Shown here piece by piece: positions 1 through 9,062 of a stretch of DNA of 47,793 nucleotides; position 1 is the first letter of the stretch, and each line of letters opens with the position of its first letter. The stretch is from a virus (taxonomy: Duplodnaviria > Caudoviricetes). Location of the stretch: positions 1 to 47,793 of the IMG/VR virus record IMGVR_UViG_3300033407_000970; one strand, given 5' to 3'. Below the pieces are notes generated by a model, which was not told the origin of the DNA, searched no databases, and worked only from the letters and a program-made list of their open reading frames with translations. Made by a program: the position numbers and the translations under genes.

Positions 1-255
1 ATGACCGCTGTCACCGTAGACCCTGACGTCCTCACAGACGCCCACGTGCGGATGCTCGCCAGCTACGGCACCGCCGTCACCATCCGCGACGAGTACGGCG
101 TCCACGTGTACGCCTGGTCTGGTGCGTCGGAGATCAGCCGGGACCGCAACCCGGTCGGACTGGTCGAGGTCCGCAGCCAGGCTCACCGCTTCGAGCGGTA
201 CTGGTGGGATGACCGCGGTCGGGCGGTGCTCGCCGGGATGAGGTGGGAGTCGTGA
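1..255 (+). CDS. hypothetical protein
   Basis: 84-aa ORF; its TGA overlaps the next GTG (GTGA at 252-255). Confidence 0.55.
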   Translation: MTAVTVDPDVLTDAHVRMLASYGTAVTIRDEYGVHVYAWSGASEISRDRNPVGLVEVRSQAHRFERYWWDDRGRAVLAGMRWES

Positions 256-2477
256 GCGCTGTCTTCCGGGTGGGCGATGTGTTCGACCGTCTCGCCGAGC
301 TCGAGGACGGGTCGGTGGACGTCTGCATAACCAGTCCGCCCTTTCTCGCATTACGCAGCTATCTGCCGGCCGATCATCCAGACAAGGCGAAAGAGATCGG
401 GTCGGAGCCGACCCCGGCCGCGTTCGTGGACGTGCTGCTGGCGGTGACTGCCGAGCTGCGTCGGGTGTTGGCGCCGCACGGGTCGATCGCCGTGGAGCTG
501 GGTGACACGTATGCGGGGTCTGGTGGGGCGGGCGGCGACTACGCAGAGAATGGGCTCAGGGAGGGCCAACAGAAGTTCAAACAGCGGAGCGGATGGCATC
601 GCTCAGGGAATGAACCTGCGGAACGCTACAGGAATCTCGGTGCGGCAGACTCCGGCTCGCCCAACGGCGGCACCGGCTGGCCCCTCGCCAAATCGAAAGC
701 CCTCATCCCCGAGCTGTACCGCATCGCCCTCGCCTACGGCATCAACCCGCTCACCGGACAGCCCAGCCCCGCCGGACAATGGCGGGTCCGCAACGTCGTC
801 ACGTGGTGTCTCGACGGGGACACCGTGGTCTACGCTCGCACCCCCAAAGGCGAAGGCCCCGCCCGGCTCCTCCACCTCGCGCAGAACTTCCAGCCCGGCC
901 AATGGGAACTATGGGACGGACAGCGGTGGACGCCGGTGCTCGGCTGGTCGGACACGGAGGCGTCGGACGCCATCGAGATCGAGTTCCGCAACGGGGAACG
1001 CATCTCGGCGACCCGCAACCATGAGTGGCCGACCCAACGCGGACTGGTCCGCACCGACGAACTGACCGTCGGCGATGTGGTCGACTCGGTCACCCTCCCC
1101 GAACCAGACCGACCCCCCGTGGATGGGCTACCTGACGAGGACATCGGGTGGCTGCTCGGCACGTTCCTCGCCGACGGTTCATTCGACAGTCGGGACCGCA
1201 TCCAGATCTCCGGTCACATCAACGAGACGGCGGTGCGGCTCCCCCGATTGCGTCGGATCGCCGAAGCGTACGACGGGACCGCCACCGCCCACCACTACGA
1301 TAACACGGCGTCGATCGTGGTCCGCTCCCCCATCCTCACCGCTGTCATACGGCGCTACCTCGCAGGGTCGTCAGCCCACAACAAGTCGCTCAGGGCAGCC
1401 ACGTGGCGCCGATCCAACGCCTTCCTCGACGCCATCCTCCGCGGATACCTCGAGGGTGACGGCCACTGGGACGCCAAGAACCAGCGGTGGCGGCTCGGGT
1501 TCACCGACAACCCGTGGCTCGCCCGCGACCTGCGAGTGATCGCCGCCCGTCTCGGGTACCGGTGCCGCATCAAGCGGTACCCCCGTGTTGCCGACCCGAG
1601 GGGAGGCCAGTTCGCTGGAACGGCACCGTTCTACCACCGCGGCGAGATCCGGTTTGAGGTGCGCCGCGACTACGCCCCCACGGGACAGGTCGTGGCGTTG
1701 CGCGCCAGCCGTCGGCGCCGGTTCTTCGACGTGGGGGTTGAGGGTGAGCCGCACCTGTTCGCGCTGGGGTCGGGCATCCTCACCCACAACTGCCGCCCCA
1801 ACCCGCCGGTCGGGTCGCTGGGTGACAAGTGGCGTCCGGCTACGTCGGATGTGGTGGTGGCGTGTGTGTCGTCTAAGCGGTATTGGGACGACCTGGCGAC
1901 GAGGACTGAGTACGCCGACGGCATCCCGCCCGTACGCCCTCAGAACCCAGCCCTCGCAGCATCGCCCACCAAGGGGAACACGATGGTCGAGGGGAAGATG
2001 ATGCATTCAAACCCCCACGGCGCTCCTCTGCTCGACTGGTGGAGCATCACCGCAGGCGGCTACCCCGGCGCACACTATGCAGTTTGGCCTAGCGCTCTGG
2101 TGGAGCCGCTGGTCAAGGCGATGGCACCGCCGCGGGTGTGCCGGACGTGCGGAGAGCCGTCGCGGCGGATCGTGGAGTCATTGAACGAGACCGGCGCAAC
2201 ATACCGAGCCAAGTTCAACGGTGAGCGTGTCCCCGGTACAGGAGACTGGGGTGGTTCGGGCTTCGATCCGGCGGTGAAGGTATCAAGCGGCTGGACCGAC
2301 TGCCGCCACGACGACTGGCGCCCCGCACTCGTCCTCGACCCGTTCGCCGGCAGCGGGACGACTCTGTCAGTCGCTACCGGCCACGGCCACGACGCCATAG
2401 GAATTGATTTGGACCCACGTAACGCCGACCTGGCGCTCGACCGGGTTGGCCCGCTGCTACTGGAGGTGCAGTCGTGA
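252..2477 (+). CDS. Site-specific DNA methyltransferase (N4-C/N6-A, beta class), intein-containing
   Basis: N-terminal catalytic motif ITSPPF, H.AVWP..LVE, C-terminal SAM-binding VLDPFAGSGTT...GIDL; intein at VTW/C. Confidence 0.92.
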   Translation: MSAVFRVGDVFDRLAELEDGSVDVCITSPPFLALRSYLPADHPDKAKEIGSEPTPAAFVDVLLAVTAELRRVLAPHGSIAVELGDTYAGSGGAGGDYAENGLREGQQKFKQRSGWHRSGNEPAERYRNLGAADSGSPNGGTGWPLAKSKALIPELYRIALAYGINPLTGQPSPAGQWRVRNVVTWCLDGDTVVYARTPKGEGPARLLHLAQNFQPGQWELWDGQRWTPVLGWSDTEASDAIEIEFRNGERISATRNHEWPTQRGLVRTDELTVGDVVDSVTLPEPDRPPVDGLPDEDIGWLLGTFLADGSFDSRDRIQISGHINETAVRLPRLRRIAEAYDGTATAHHYDNTASIVVRSPILTAVIRRYLAGSSAHNKSLRAATWRRSNAFLDAILRGYLEGDGHWDAKNQRWRLGFTDNPWLARDLRVIAARLGYRCRIKRYPRVADPRGGQFAGTAPFYHRGEIRFEVRRDYAPTGQVVALRASRRRRFFDVGVEGEPHLFALGSGILTHNCRPNPPVGSLGDKWRPATSDVVVACVSSKRYWDDLATRTEYADGIPPVRPQNPALAASPTKGNTMVEGKMMHSNPHGAPLLDWWSITAGGYPGAHYAVWPSALVEPLVKAMAPPRVCRTCGEPSRRIVESLNETGATYRAKFNGERVPGTGDWGGSGFDPAVKVSSGWTDCRHDDWRPALVLDPFAGSGTTLSVATGHGHDAIGIDLDPRNADLALDRVGPLLLEVQS
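807..1790 (+). mobile_element. Intein (328 aa) with in-frame LAGLIDADG homing endonuclease
   Basis: Starts CLDGDT, block B ATRNHEW, LAGLIDADG-like WLLGTFLADGS and ILRGYLEGDG, ends ILTHN before Cys; splicing restores RNVVTW-CRPNPP. Confidence 0.92.
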
Positions 2478-2683
2478 CCGACTGGACAGACCTCGGCTAC
2501 CACCTGGCCACCTGGGGCATCCCCTGCGATATCGAAGAGGTCGACACCGGGGACTACGAGCTCGACCCATGGCGACCACTCCCGAACGCCGAGGCGGTGG
2601 ACATCCGACTGGACGTCAGGTCGGCGTCGAAGCTGGCCGAGGTTCTTGAGGCTGCCTTCAAGCGAGAGAGGGGCGAGTCGTGA
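2474..2683 (+). CDS. hypothetical protein
   Basis: GGAGGTG SD, GTGA overlaps at both ends. Confidence 0.65.
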   Translation: MTDWTDLGYHLATWGIPCDIEEVDTGDYELDPWRPLPNAEAVDIRLDVRSASKLAEVLEAAFKRERGES

Positions 2684-2874
2684 CCGCCACCGTGACCACC
2701 TGGCACCGGGTGAAGGTGATCGGACCCAACTGGGCACCCTCTCCGAACATCTGGGCCTCAGCCTGTGTGGCCGACGGTTGCGACTGGGGTTCCATCGCTG
2801 TCGGCCCTGGCGCCTGGCAGTCGGCGGTTGGCAAGGCGCTCGCCCACGTCGACGAGACGAAGGAGGAGATGTGA
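2680..2874 (+). CDS. hypothetical protein (CxxxxC...H)
   Basis: Coupled by GTGA overlaps on both sides. Confidence 0.6.
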   Translation: MTATVTTWHRVKVIGPNWAPSPNIWASACVADGCDWGSIAVGPGAWQSAVGKALAHVDETKEEM

Positions 2875-3065
2875 CCGATCCGATCATGATCCCCTGCGAA
2901 GGCGCCGACAGCCGAGGGAACGTGCTCGGCCCGCGGGACGACGGGCTGCTCCTCTTGTCCTGTGCCATGTGCGGCTCAACCTTCCTAGTGATGGCCAACG
3001 TCGTGCCATCGCACGAGCGCCAGGACATCCTCGCCATGCTCGACCGAGGGGACTTCGACTCGTGA
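2871..3065 (+). CDS. small Cys-containing protein, paralog of 4101-4292
   Basis: AGGAGG SD; IPCEG...CAMCG...PSHERQDILAMLDRGDF. Confidence 0.7.
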   Translation: MTDPIMIPCEGADSRGNVLGPRDDGLLLLSCAMCGSTFLVMANVVPSHERQDILAMLDRGDFDS

Positions 3066-3517
3066 CCGAGGCCCAGCTCCAACAGCTCATCGTCCAGTAC
3101 GCGCAGGTCCGCGGCTGGCTCGTCACCCACAACCGCAAGTCCACGATCACCCGCCGGGACGGCTCGACCATCCACGCCACCGCCCTGACCGGCGACCCCG
3201 GCGCCCCCGACCTGCTGCTCATGCGCAACGGCCGGCACGCCCACCTCGAAGTGAAGGGCGAAAAGGGGCAGATCAGCGAGGGCGGATACAACAAGAAGGG
3301 ACAGTGGGTTACCGGCCAGTTGGAGTGGCTGAACCAGGCTGTCGGCGACCTGCGTTTGACCAAAGACGACTGGCGGTCACGGGGTGCAATACCGGATGGT
3401 GCGGCGTGTCACTACAACGGGGGTTGGGTGTCGTTGGACCGGGCGGGTAGCTGGCATGTTCTGGTCGCTGTCGTCCGGCCGCGGCATAAGGATTGGATTT
3501 TGGAGATTCTGAAATGA
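3062..3517 (+). CDS. VRR-NUC domain nuclease
   Basis: MTEAQLQ..., G.PDLLL...LEVK...G...Q..WL pattern of VRR-NUC PD-(D/E)XK nucleases. Confidence 0.8.
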   Translation: MTEAQLQQLIVQYAQVRGWLVTHNRKSTITRRDGSTIHATALTGDPGAPDLLLMRNGRHAHLEVKGEKGQISEGGYNKKGQWVTGQLEWLNQAVGDLRLTKDDWRSRGAIPDGAACHYNGGWVSLDRAGSWHVLVAVVRPRHKDWILEILK

Positions 3518-3841
3518 AGAAGGAGGAGACGTGAGCGACGACGCACCGGACGACCAGGTAGACGGTCCAGACCCGGCATTCAACTACCGAACGCTCCAGG
3601 TTTCCGCGGTCGGGTGCGATTGCGGGTATGTCTGTCTGGACATCAACGAGATGCATCAGCACCTGCGCTTCGCACACTCAGCGGGTCGTAACCCTGAGAT
3701 CACCTGCCAGGCCCCTGCAACATGGGATCACGAACGGTGGTGTGTGCGGGCGAAGGGCCACGACGGTAAGCACTGGACGCCATTATTTCACGGTGGCATG
3801 TGGTGGCCCCGATGACCGAGGCCCAGCTCCAACAGCTCATC
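3063..3841 (+). repeat. 29-bp perfect direct repeat (3063-3091 and 3813-3841)
   Basis: tgaccgaggcccagctccaacagctcatc occurs at both positions. Confidence 0.9.
3531..3815 (+). CDS. hypothetical Cys/His-rich protein
   Basis: AGGAGG SD; CDCG...H..H and C...C...H.G.H motifs. Confidence 0.65.
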   Translation: MSDDAPDDQVDGPDPAFNYRTLQVSAVGCDCGYVCLDINEMHQHLRFAHSAGRNPEITCQAPATWDHERWCVRAKGHDGKHWTPLFHGGMWWPR

Positions 3842-3880
3842 ATCGACTACGCCCGCCTGGCGATCGAGGTGCTTCGGTAA
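3812..3880 (+). pseudogene. 22-aa remnant of a VRR-NUC gene N-terminus (MTEAQLQQLIIDYARLAIEVLR)
   Basis: First 10 residues identical to 3062-3517; ATGA and TAATG coupling at its ends. Confidence 0.6.
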
Positions 3881-4104
3881 TGGCTAAGTGGAACCCGTTG
3901 ATGGTGCGTCTTCCGTTGGAAATGGAGACTCACCTTCGCGCTCTATGTGAAGCTGACGAGCGTCCGTTGGCGTGGATGGTCCGCAAGGCCGTCTCTGAGT
4001 ACTTGGAACGGCTCGACCCACACTGGCGGTGGTGTGGCTTCTGTCAGGCGGAGTTCACCGAGGAGTGCGCGCGCTCGGTCGAGTGCGTGGAGTCCAGTTC
4101 ATGA
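3880..4104 (+). CDS. Ribbon-helix-helix DNA-binding protein
   Basis: LMVRLP...L..L...ERPLAWMVRKAVSEYL, typical CopG/Arc-like pattern; C-terminal CxxC. Confidence 0.75.
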   Translation: MAKWNPLMVRLPLEMETHLRALCEADERPLAWMVRKAVSEYLERLDPHWRWCGFCQAEFTEECARSVECVESSS

Positions 4105-4292
4105 CAGGGCTACCTAGGGGCGAACCGATCTGGATTGAATGCGAGGGGTCCGGTGCGCAGGGTCACCCGTTCCTGGGCGCCATGCGCATTTGTCCCATGT
4201 GTGGAGTCGTAACTCAGGTTGAGGTCGGGAAGATTCCGCCGCACAACCGAGACGACATCCTCTCCCGAATCGACAGGGGAGACTTCGGATGA
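4101..4292 (+). CDS. small Cys-containing protein, paralog of 2871-3065
   Basis: IECEG...CPMCG...PPHNRDDILSRIDRGDF; ATGA overlaps. Confidence 0.7.
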   Translation: MTGLPRGEPIWIECEGSGAQGHPFLGAMRICPMCGVVTQVEVGKIPPHNRDDILSRIDRGDFG

Positions 4293-4438
4293 CCGCCGTG
4301 GACAAGATCCTGCCCGGAGCGTGGGCGGTCTGCCGCCGCTGCGGACGACGAGGACATGTCAACCCCCGGCTGCGCACGTCGACGGTCGACGCCTGCGACC
4401 TGTGCCGGGCCGATGAGCGGGAGAAGGAGCGGAGATGA
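4289..4438 (+). CDS. 49-aa zinc-ribbon-like protein (not in ORF track)
   Basis: MTAVDKILPGAWAVCRRCG...CDLCRADEREKERR; ATGA overlaps both sides. Confidence 0.6.
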   Translation: MTAVDKILPGAWAVCRRCGRRGHVNPRLRTSTVDACDLCRADEREKERR

Positions 4439-4629
4439 GCGACCGGTCATGCCCCACTTGCACGATCACGATCCGCGGCACGAACGGACTCGGTGAGACA
4501 TTCGAGGAGGTCGTCAGCATGGGCTACGTGCCGATCGGTTGCGACTGCCTTCATATCGGCACCGGACCATGCATGAAGCCGTGTCCCGACTGCGGCGTCG
4601 GGCCGGTCTGGGAGACGATGAACGACTGA
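4435..4629 (+). CDS. Cys-rich hypothetical protein
   Basis: AAGGAG SD; CPTC, CDC, CPDC. Confidence 0.55.
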   Translation: MSDRSCPTCTITIRGTNGLGETFEEVVSMGYVPIGCDCLHIGTGPCMKPCPDCGVGPVWETMND

Positions 4630-4640
4630 CCAATCCGTGA

Positions 4641-4677
4641 GGGGTGGGCCCCCGACGCCAATCAGACGGCCCACCCC
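4641..4677. terminator. Intergenic hairpin (10-bp stem), possible terminator
   Basis: ggggtgggcc ... ggcccacccc; no U tract. Confidence 0.4.
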
Positions 4678-4700
4678 CCGACCCACCCTGAGGAGGATGG

Positions 4701-4982
4701 ATGACAACCCACCGTCCACACCCCACCGACAGTGACAACCCCCGAACTGTCCTCTTCGACCACTGCCCCCGCTGCCTTGAGCACGCCGACAACCCGGCCG
4801 GCGTCGACGACACTACGTTGGCTCGGCTGTGGGCTGTCATGCTCGCCGTCGACCTGGGCGACAATCAGCGGCGGTTGACCGGCCCCGAACTGGACGCTGT
4901 CGGCTGGCTGCGGCAGGTGCGGCATGTCGCTGCCAGGTTGGGGTTTGTGCCGCCGCTGGCAGACCTAGCGGCCAACCGATGA
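4701..4982 (+). CDS. hypothetical protein
   Basis: AGGAGG SD; CPRC motif. Confidence 0.6.
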   Translation: MTTHRPHPTDSDNPRTVLFDHCPRCLEHADNPAGVDDTTLARLWAVMLAVDLGDNQRRLTGPELDAVGWLRQVRHVAARLGFVPPLADLAANR

Positions 4983-5194
4983 CTGTTGACTGTCTCATCC
5001 ACGGCACCCCACCGTGTGCGTGCACGGTGTGGAATGTCACACCCGCCGAACTCGGAGTCCCGTTCACAGCCGTGTTGTGGGAGTGCGGGGCGGGTCATCG
5101 GGAGGTTGCCGGCCCGACGATCCGCGGGCAGTGTGGACGGTCTGGGTGTTCGTCGTTGTTGTCGCCGGTCCGGTCGGCGATCATCCGCCCCTAA
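4979..5194 (+). CDS. Cys-rich hypothetical protein
   Basis: ATGA overlap with upstream gene; several Cys/His pairs. Confidence 0.5.
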   Translation: MTVDCLIHGTPPCACTVWNVTPAELGVPFTAVLWECGAGHREVAGPTIRGQCGRSGCSSLLSPVRSAIIRP

Positions 5195-5538
5195 CCGTTG
5201 CGGCGTTGCTGGTAGGCGAGTTTGGCGTGGGTGCGGTTACATGCGTTGCAGCGTCGGGCGATGCCACACGGGTCGGAGGCGTCGCGGGGGTACTGGTCGG
5301 CATCATAGGTTTGTTTGCAGGTGGAGCAGCGGCGGCGGCGGCACCGTTCTTCTTTCAACTGGGTTCGGGCGGTGCGCCATGCTTCGAGCACGTCGGGGTC
5401 TTTGCGGCCATAGAGGACGTATTCGACTTCGGCGGGGGTGAGTCCGGCGGCGGTGGCGAGGGTGTATTTGGATTTGGCGGCTTCGGGGGCGAGGAGGGCG
5501 GTGAGGATGGCTTGGATGTTGGCGTCGGTGTCGCTCAT
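5191..5538 (-). CDS. putative DNA-binding protein (HTH-like plus CxxC...CxxC)
   Basis: SKYTLATAAGLTPAEVEYVL; CSTC...CNAC; TGA-TAAACT box 7 nt upstream of ATG (leaderless). Confidence 0.6.
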   Translation of the reverse strand: MSDTDANIQAILTALLAPEAAKSKYTLATAAGLTPAEVEYVLYGRKDPDVLEAWRTARTQLKEERCRRRRCSTCKQTYDADQYPRDASDPCGIARRCNACNRTHAKLAYQQRRNG

Positions 5539-5645
5539 ACCAGTCAGTTTATCAGGGGACAGTGTTGTTGGGGTGGGGTGTGTGGCGACTTGTGTTCCTA
5601 TCACGGTGCGACTAGCATGATGGTGTCAGCGATATGGAGGTGCAC

Positions 5646-5990
5646 ATGGCAGCGACGACAGAGATCCGAGACCGGACCGGCCGCAAAGTATCCCAACGGG
5701 TCATCGACAAGGCCCTCGCCTACGTCCCCGCCGTGCGGGACACGAACCTTCCCACCGTGTGGCGGGTCGACGGCCTGGGCGGCGTGTACACGATCGTGAT
5801 TGATGCTGGCCAAGCGTCGTGTTCCTGCCCCGGTGGTACGGAAAACGACGGCCGTCTCTGCTCCCACGTGTTGGCCGTGTATTTGCGGGCGATGCAGTCG
5901 GGTGTGCCGGTGCGGGTGGCGCAGATTGATGGGCCGTCGCCGGTGTTGGTGGCGGAGGATGGGTCGGACCCGTTCGAAGGGCTGGCATGA
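5646..5990 (+). CDS. SWIM zinc-finger protein
   Basis: Y.I.I.....CSCP...LCSHVLAV SWIM signature; GGAGGTG SD. Confidence 0.8.
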   Translation: MAATTEIRDRTGRKVSQRVIDKALAYVPAVRDTNLPTVWRVDGLGGVYTIVIDAGQASCSCPGGTENDGRLCSHVLAVYLRAMQSGVPVRVAQIDGPSPVLVAEDGSDPFEGLA

Positions 5991-6151
5991 TGTGGGAGAA
6001 GACTGAACTGCTCGGCTTGCCGGTTGTGAACCTGCCGTTCGACCCGGACTTGGACGATTGGGACGGCGAGCCGGACAACGACGAGTGGCCGGTGGATGAT
6101 GGTGTGTTGTCGTCGTTTTGGGAGGGTGAACACCTGGCAGGCAACCCGTGA
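5987..6151 (+). CDS. 54-aa highly acidic protein (not in ORF track)
   Basis: MMWEKTELLGLPVVNLPFDPDLDDWDGEPDNDEWPVDDGVLSSFWEGEHLAGNP; ATGA overlap. Confidence 0.5.
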   Translation: MMWEKTELLGLPVVNLPFDPDLDDWDGEPDNDEWPVDDGVLSSFWEGEHLAGNP

Positions 6152-6321
6152 ACTTCGACGACCGGCGTGCAGCCATTCGACGTGTCTCCAGCCTGTGGAA
6201 CGTCGCAGACCGATACAACGTCGATGTTCCGTCCTGACTGCACCTGCCGGTGCGTCTGCCACCTCGAATACTGTTGGCCCTGCCAACACCCCAACCACGA
6301 ATGCCCGCAGGAGGCCACCCG

Positions 6322-7203
6322 ATGAGCAACCCCGCAGCCGCCGTCTCCACCTCTGCCGGGCGGTACTACCAACTCGACCTCCCCGCAGCACTCGCCAACC
6401 AGACCGCCAACGTGAAACGATCCGGCGACACCATCTGGCTCCCCAGTGTCACCAACGTCCTCGACTCCATGTCCAAACCCGGACTCGTCTGGTGGTCCGC
6501 CGGCCTCGTCGCCACGGAAGTGTTCACCGACCCCGACCGCATCACCCAACTAGTCGCCGCCGCCCACAACGGCCGCACCATCACCGGCTTCCATCCCTGC
6601 GAAGCATGCAGACAGCCCACCGACCACTACCTCGACGATAAGGGCAAATGGTTCCACACCGCCTGCTACGACCGGTGGCGCACCCTGCGGAAAGTGTTCA
6701 ACGACCAGCGCATCCAGAAAGCCGACCTCGGGTCGCTGGTGCACGCCCTGGTTGAGAAGCACATTCTTGGGGACCCGGTCGACCCGGCCGACTACCCGCC
6801 CGAAGTCGCCGGCAGGGTCGAAGCGTGGCAACGGTTCGTCACCAAACACGAGCCGTCGTTTGAGCTCGCAGAGGCGACCGTATTCAACCTCACCCACGGG
6901 TATGCGGGCACCTTGGACATCATCATGGACGTCGGCGGCCACCGCTGGCTCGTCGACGTCAAATCGGGCACACCCACCGTGTACGAGTCCCACGCGTTGC
7001 AGCTCGCCGCGTACAGGTACGCCGAGCATGTGTATGTGGGGGCGGGGGTGGTGGAGGCGTTGCCCGTGGTGGATCGGTGTGCGATCCTGTTTTTGGGGGA
7101 GGACCGGTTCAAGTTCGAACCGGTGGACGTTGGTGTGGGGGATCTCGAGGAGGGGTTTTTGCCGTTGCTCAGGTTTCAACGCTGGCAGACGGCCCGAGCG
7201 TGA
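6322..7203 (+). CDS. PD-(D/E)XK exonuclease (RecE/Cas4-like phage nuclease)
   Basis: PSVTNVL, G..VH..VE, YAGTLD, LVDVKSG, ALQLAAY; AGGAGG SD. Confidence 0.85.
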   Translation: MSNPAAAVSTSAGRYYQLDLPAALANQTANVKRSGDTIWLPSVTNVLDSMSKPGLVWWSAGLVATEVFTDPDRITQLVAAAHNGRTITGFHPCEACRQPTDHYLDDKGKWFHTACYDRWRTLRKVFNDQRIQKADLGSLVHALVEKHILGDPVDPADYPPEVAGRVEAWQRFVTKHEPSFELAEATVFNLTHGYAGTLDIIMDVGGHRWLVDVKSGTPTVYESHALQLAAYRYAEHVYVGAGVVEALPVVDRCAILFLGEDRFKFEPVDVGVGDLEEGFLPLLRFQRWQTARA

Positions 7204-7234
7204 TAGACTGGTTGGGTACTGTAGGAGGTGCATT

Positions 7235-7651
7235 GTGAGTGAGAACAGGTTGATCCCGCGGGTCGGGGATCGTGTGATCGTTTCTCGGTCGCGGACTGGC
7301 ACTGGGTCTCGGATGGGCGACGTTGTGGAGATCGATTCTGAGGGTGGCTACCGAGTGGATGTGCATGGTTGGCCTGAGATGCTGATCGTCAACAACGCTG
7401 ATGACCTCACCGTCGTAGATCGTGAGCCGATCGAGTGGCCGGACGTGCCCTGCTGGGAGTACGGCGACATTGGATGGAGTCAAAACAAGCGCCGATTCAC
7501 CAACGACCTGTCATGGCATGTCCAGCAGAGCAAGGACGGTCCCCAGGTCGAATGCGACGCCTCGGCGCTCACCGCCGGTGAGGCACTCGCCATAGCCACC
7601 GCCTGGAGCTACGTCTCCCAGCACTTCGACGAACTGACGGGTAGCCACTGA
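7235..7651 (+). CDS. hypothetical protein (SH3/KOW-like N-terminus)
   Basis: RVGDRVIV...G.VVEI; own GTGATAGACT box and GGAGGTGCA SD. Confidence 0.65.
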   Translation: MSENRLIPRVGDRVIVSRSRTGTGSRMGDVVEIDSEGGYRVDVHGWPEMLIVNNADDLTVVDREPIEWPDVPCWEYGDIGWSQNKRRFTNDLSWHVQQSKDGPQVECDASALTAGEALAIATAWSYVSQHFDELTGSH

Positions 7652-8646
7652 TGCCCATCCTCACACTCCAACGCCGCCTCCGTGAACTCGGCCGCATCCG
7701 CGCCGGCGACAAAACCCCCAAAGGCGCACCCCGCAAACTCGAAACGTACCGGCTCACCAGCCCGTCCGAACCCGCCATCCGCCAAGCCGCCCAACTTTAC
7801 GGCGGCAACATCGAACCATGGGACTCACCCAACGGACCCCAATGGCAAGTCACCACCCAAACCGACACCCTCCCCGTCCGCATCCCCGGCGGCCAATCCA
7901 TCTCCCAATGGATGGAACTGTGGTCGGGTGGCGGCTGTCAACGCCGCTGTGACGGTGTGACCGAAGTCATCTCCGACCAGCCGTGCCTGTGCGACCCCGA
8001 CCCCGAACTGCGGGAATGCAAACCGAAAACCCGGCTGAACGTGGTGCTGCCCGAACTGGGCGACATCGGACAATGGCGGCTTGAAACGACATCATGGTTC
8101 GGTGCGACGGAGATGGCCGCTATCGCCGACCTGTTGGCGTTGACTGATTCACAGTACATTCCGGCTCGCATCCGACTCGAACAGCGCAGCGTAAAGCGGC
8201 CGGGGAAGCCGACGAATCGGTTCGCGGTGACGGTGATCGAAACCGACGCCCGCATGGGTGCCGTGTTGGACGCCCTCGGGGTGGGGGAAAGCTTCGCCGC
8301 CCCGCAGATCGGCCCCACCACCGACCGCTTGCAGCTTGCCACGTCGACACCCACCGTCCAGGCTGATCCGGACGAGGCGTGGGCCGAACTCACATCCCTG
8401 CTCGGCCCCGACGTTGACCCGGACGACACCATGCCCGTCCTCGAGTCCCGTATGCGCCGCCTCTACGAACTGATGGAGACGCTTGGCCTGTGGCAGGGTA
8501 CGGGGCATGGCGACCCGCTGCATCTCGCCCTCAAGAAGCATGAGGATGTGGCGCATGTGGGGGATTTGCGGAAGGACCGGCTCGTAGCGTTCTGTGAAGT
8601 GTCGTGGGAAGCGGCCCGCACCGCGATCAGCGAGGCGGGCACATGA
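7651..8646 (+). CDS. phiC31 gp3 / recombination directionality factor-like protein (probable recombination or annealing protein)
   Basis: ELGRIRAG.K, MELWSGGGCQRRCDG, CLC, CKPKTRLNVVLP, G.WRLET.SW recalled for this family; adjacent to exonuclease. Confidence 0.7.
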   Translation: MPILTLQRRLRELGRIRAGDKTPKGAPRKLETYRLTSPSEPAIRQAAQLYGGNIEPWDSPNGPQWQVTTQTDTLPVRIPGGQSISQWMELWSGGGCQRRCDGVTEVISDQPCLCDPDPELRECKPKTRLNVVLPELGDIGQWRLETTSWFGATEMAAIADLLALTDSQYIPARIRLEQRSVKRPGKPTNRFAVTVIETDARMGAVLDALGVGESFAAPQIGPTTDRLQLATSTPTVQADPDEAWAELTSLLGPDVDPDDTMPVLESRMRRLYELMETLGLWQGTGHGDPLHLALKKHEDVAHVGDLRKDRLVAFCEVSWEAARTAISEAGT

Positions 8647-9062
8647 GCGACCTGACCGTTGGCTTCACCGGCACACGCACCGCCCTCACCCGACGACAAT
8701 ACAACGAGCTCCAACTCGTCCTCATCGATGAGACGATCGGCTACCTCCACCACGGTGACTGCATCGGCGCTGATGCCACCGCGCACTCCGAAGCCGTCTA
8801 CCTCGGTATCCGCACCATCGTCCACCCGCCGTCCGATCCCAAGCTGCGCGCCTGGTGTCGGGGTGACGAGATTCACGACCCCAAGCCCTACCTAGAACGC
8901 AACGCCGACATCATCGATGCGTGCGACTGGCTGCTCGCCATGCCCGACGGGCCGGAGCGTAAGGGGTCGGGTACCTGGTGGACCATCAACCACGCCGCTG
9001 ACATCGGCCGGTTCGTGCTGATCGTGTTCCCCGACGGCGGTGTGGATGAGAGGACGCCATGA
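8643..9062 (+). CDS. SLOG-superfamily (YpsA/DprA-like) protein
   Basis: GFTGTR, HHGDCIGAD, RNADII, SGTWWTI..A. Confidence 0.8.
   Translation: MSDLTVGFTGTRTALTRRQYNELQLVLIDETIGYLHHGDCIGADATAHSEAVYLGIRTIVHPPSDPKLRAWCRGDEIHDPKPYLERNADIIDACDWLLAMPDGPERKGSGTWWTINHAADIGRFVLIVFPDGGVDERTP

Noticed and set aside
2075-3244. 389-aa minus-strand ORF and similar Arg/Pro-rich alternative-frame ORFs
   Set aside because: Antisense to a chain of translationally coupled plus-strand genes; no motifs or start signals
6322-7203. cas4 as part of a CRISPR system
   Set aside because: Lacks the C-terminal three-Cys cluster and any cas neighbours; ordinary phage PD-(D/E)XK nuclease
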